A stretch of DNA of 64,000 nt from a bacterium. GTDB lineage: Bacteria; Verrucomicrobiota; Verrucomicrobiia; Limisphaerales; UBA11358. The notes under the pieces are model-generated. The model had not been told where the DNA came from. It worked only from the letters and a program-made list of their open reading frames with translations, and made no database searches. The stretch's first letter is position 1, and each line of letters begins with the position of its first letter. Both the position numbers and the translations under genes were made by a program. Positions 62,090-64,000 of this stretch are shown here, one piece after another. Where the stretch lies: contig JAKAFL010000013.1 in NCBI GenBank assembly GCA_021817945.1, positions 4,559 through 68,558 on the forward strand, in the 5' to 3' direction.

Positions 62090-64000
62090 CTATTTCATTT
62101 TGGAAATGAGTGATTTCAATTCCGCAAGCTCAACCTCAAATCCGCCTGATAAAATTGGAAACCGACACCACGTTTTAGGGTCAAGATTCTCATCGTCGAG
62201 GTGAAACGAAGGTGCGTAGCGTTCGCGTTTCCACTGGTTGCGGCACCAGAGCTTGAAAAATCGCTCCACCCAAATGCCGAGCTGCTGCGGAGAAAAGTTG
62301 GGAAACTGGCCGCGCATCAATTCAACGACTTCAACTGGAGAGTTTTTGTCGCGGATTGCCGCGCGCTCAATGGCATCGAGCACGTCATAAGGCATGAGAT
62401 CATCCTCGTCGGTCTGGTGACGGTCGGCGGGGCGCAACTCGGCAGTCGGCGCCTGTTGATTCACGGCGGCCAGGGCGGGAATGGAATGGAATCCAGCCGG
62501 GCCTTTCGTTTCGAGCCAGCGCAACCACAAGCGCAGAAATGCCTTGTCAATGCCGGCAATTGGACTCAATCCGCCGCTGGTATCGCCGTCCATCGTCGCG
62601 TAACCCACGGCGGCTTCGCTGCGGTTACTGGTGGAAAGCAGCAGCGCATTGTTCAGGTTGGCGAGCAGCCAGATTCCCGGTGAACGGACGCGCGCCTGGA
62701 TGTTTTGTAGCGCCAAATCATCCCGCTTCCAGTTCAGCTTTCGACTTAGCGAACTCTCAATGGCACGCAAGTAACCATGATGGATTTCTTCCACATCCAG
62801 TTCAAGGTGCGTCGCTCCGATGGCGTCAGCGATGGCGCGAGCAGCCGAGCGTGTAACCTCTCCGCTGTTGGCTGTGGCCTGATAAGCTGTCGTCAGCAAT
62901 GCTCTGGTCAAAGATTGTGGTTTGATCTTTTGGGGAAGCTTTTGGACATACGCGAGCTTTGTCCGAAGGGCATCCGCGCCCAATTCAGCCAACGCCATTT
63001 CCAGCGAAAGCGATACCAGGCAGGAAACCGCAGCCGAGTCAGCTCCACCGCTCAAAGAAACGACAAATCCTTGTGAATGGCTTTTGCGCAGGTAATCAAA
63101 AAGCGCCAGTGCCTCCGCCCGCAGGAATTCTTCTTCCTTCAATTTTGGACTGGTTTCCCACGTTGAAGCAGGAACAAGTGGTTTTGTCTTTTGCTTGGCC
63201 TTCACCTTCGGCCATCTGAATGGCTTGATTACTCGCAATTTGTTATCACCGCCCAAATCCGGCTTAAAACTCGCCGTTCGCGCCTGATTCATCCGGGTGG
63301 CATCCACGTCAATCTCCGCGCTGGTAATTTTGAAATCTGCAAAGCTAAATCGAGGGCCAGCGGCGATCAATTTTCCACCCGACGCAATCAGCGCGCCGCC
63401 ATCATAAATTGCGCGACCGGATTCATTGCCAAGCAGATTTGCGTAAACGTAGCTGACGCCGAAAGCGCGCGAACCTTCGAGAACGAATCGTTTCCGCACT
63501 TCAAGTTTGCCAAACGCAAAATGGCTGGCGCTCGGATTCAAAATCAGATCAATCCCGTGCAGGGCCAGTGTCGCGCCCGGACGATTGGCCACCCAAGCAT
63601 CCTCGCAGATTTCAAAACCGATCTGGACGCCGCCGATGTCAAAATGAATGTCGCCAATGGGAATCGTGGTTCCATCGGGCGCGGTGAAATCATCCCGCAC
63701 GCCGGCGGGCCACGCCTTGAACCAGCGCGGTTCGTAATGAATCCCGTCGCCCGCGAGAAATCGCTTGGCGACCAGACCGATCAATTTGCCGTCCACCACG
63801 AGCGCAGCGCAGTTGAACAGGCCGTTCTGATGGAAAACCGGCAATCCAAACGACACGACCATGCCACGCGTTTCCGGCAACAAGTCTTGCAAGGCATTCC
63901 ACGCCCGTTGATGAGTATTGGTCGCGTGAAAGGCGTCCTCGCAGCCATAGCCCGTCAGGCAGAGTTCCGGCAGGCACAGCACGCCAACGCCCTGCTCGCG
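62090..64000 (-). CDS. nadE: Glutamine-dependent NAD+ synthetase (5' end outside the window)
   Basis: LPELCLTGY, EICEDAW nitrilase domain; SLSGGADS, QNIQARVR, NRSEAAVGYATMDGD, PTAEL. Confidence 0.95.
   Translation of the reverse strand, partial: REQGVGVLCLPELCLTGYGCEDAFHATNTHQRAWNALQDLLPETRGMVVSFGLPVFHQNGLFNCAALVVDGKLIGLVAKRFLAGDGIHYEPRWFKAWPAGVRDDFTAPDGTTIPIGDIHFDIGGVQIGFEICEDAWVANRPGATLALHGIDLILNPSASHFAFGKLEVRKRFVLEGSRAFGVSYVYANLLGNESGRAIYDGGALIASGGKLIAAGPRFSFADFKITSAEIDVDATRMNQARTASFKPDLGGDNKLRVIKPFRWPKVKAKQKTKPLVPASTWETSPKLKEEEFLRAEALALFDYLRKSHSQGFVVSLSGGADSAAVSCLVSLSLEMALAELGADALRTKLAYVQKLPQKIKPQSLTRALLTTAYQATANSGEVTRSAARAIADAIGATHLELDVEEIHHGYLRAIESSLSRKLNWKRDDLALQNIQARVRSPGIWLLANLNNALLLSTSNRSEAAVGYATMDGDTSGGLSPIAGIDKAFLRLWLRWLETKGPAGFHSIPALAAVNQQAPTAELRPADRHQTDEDDLMPYDVLDAIERAAIRDKNSPVEVVELMRGQFPNFSPQQLGIWVERFFKLWCRNQWKRERYAPSFHLDDENLDPKTWCRFPILSGGFEVELAELKSLISKMK

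Overview
A bacterial chromosome segment, most likely Verrucomicrobiota of the Pedosphaera/Limisphaera type. This is an inference from the lpxC-fabZ fusion, short AtpH, tandem-domain Ndk, large DUF2723-TPR protein and N-terminal 'LQTTTNL..W..FFRL' secreted-protein motif. Positions 1-39.6 kb are mostly housekeeping (ndk, grpE-dnaJ-rsmE, lpxA/lpxC-fabZ, full atp operon, alaS, rarA, pdxJ, comEC). Interspersed are a cytochrome c/porin/cytochrome c cluster, IS66 debris, a ~164-bp MITE family with 3-bp target duplications, and an apparent diversity-generating-retroelement (DGR) target gene followed by a truncated avd. Positions 39.7-52.6 kb are a defence island. It has an IS66-end-bounded HTH+Fic cassette, then SNF2 helicase (with an antitoxin-like C-terminal tail), PIN/VapC toxin, DUF4391, HKD/PLD nuclease and type III Mod-Res. 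A tRNA 3'-end duplicate (att-like) at 52.74 kb bounds a second accessory block for NAD+/ADP-ribose handling. That block has NrtR with two operator boxes, SPFH protein, NAD-kinase-like protein, receiver-ARH fusion, RyR-like protein, PncA, Nudix, a second ARH, frameshifted NadK, a NadM-like/methyltransferase fusion and NadE. All family calls come from reading motifs by eye; no database searches were run.
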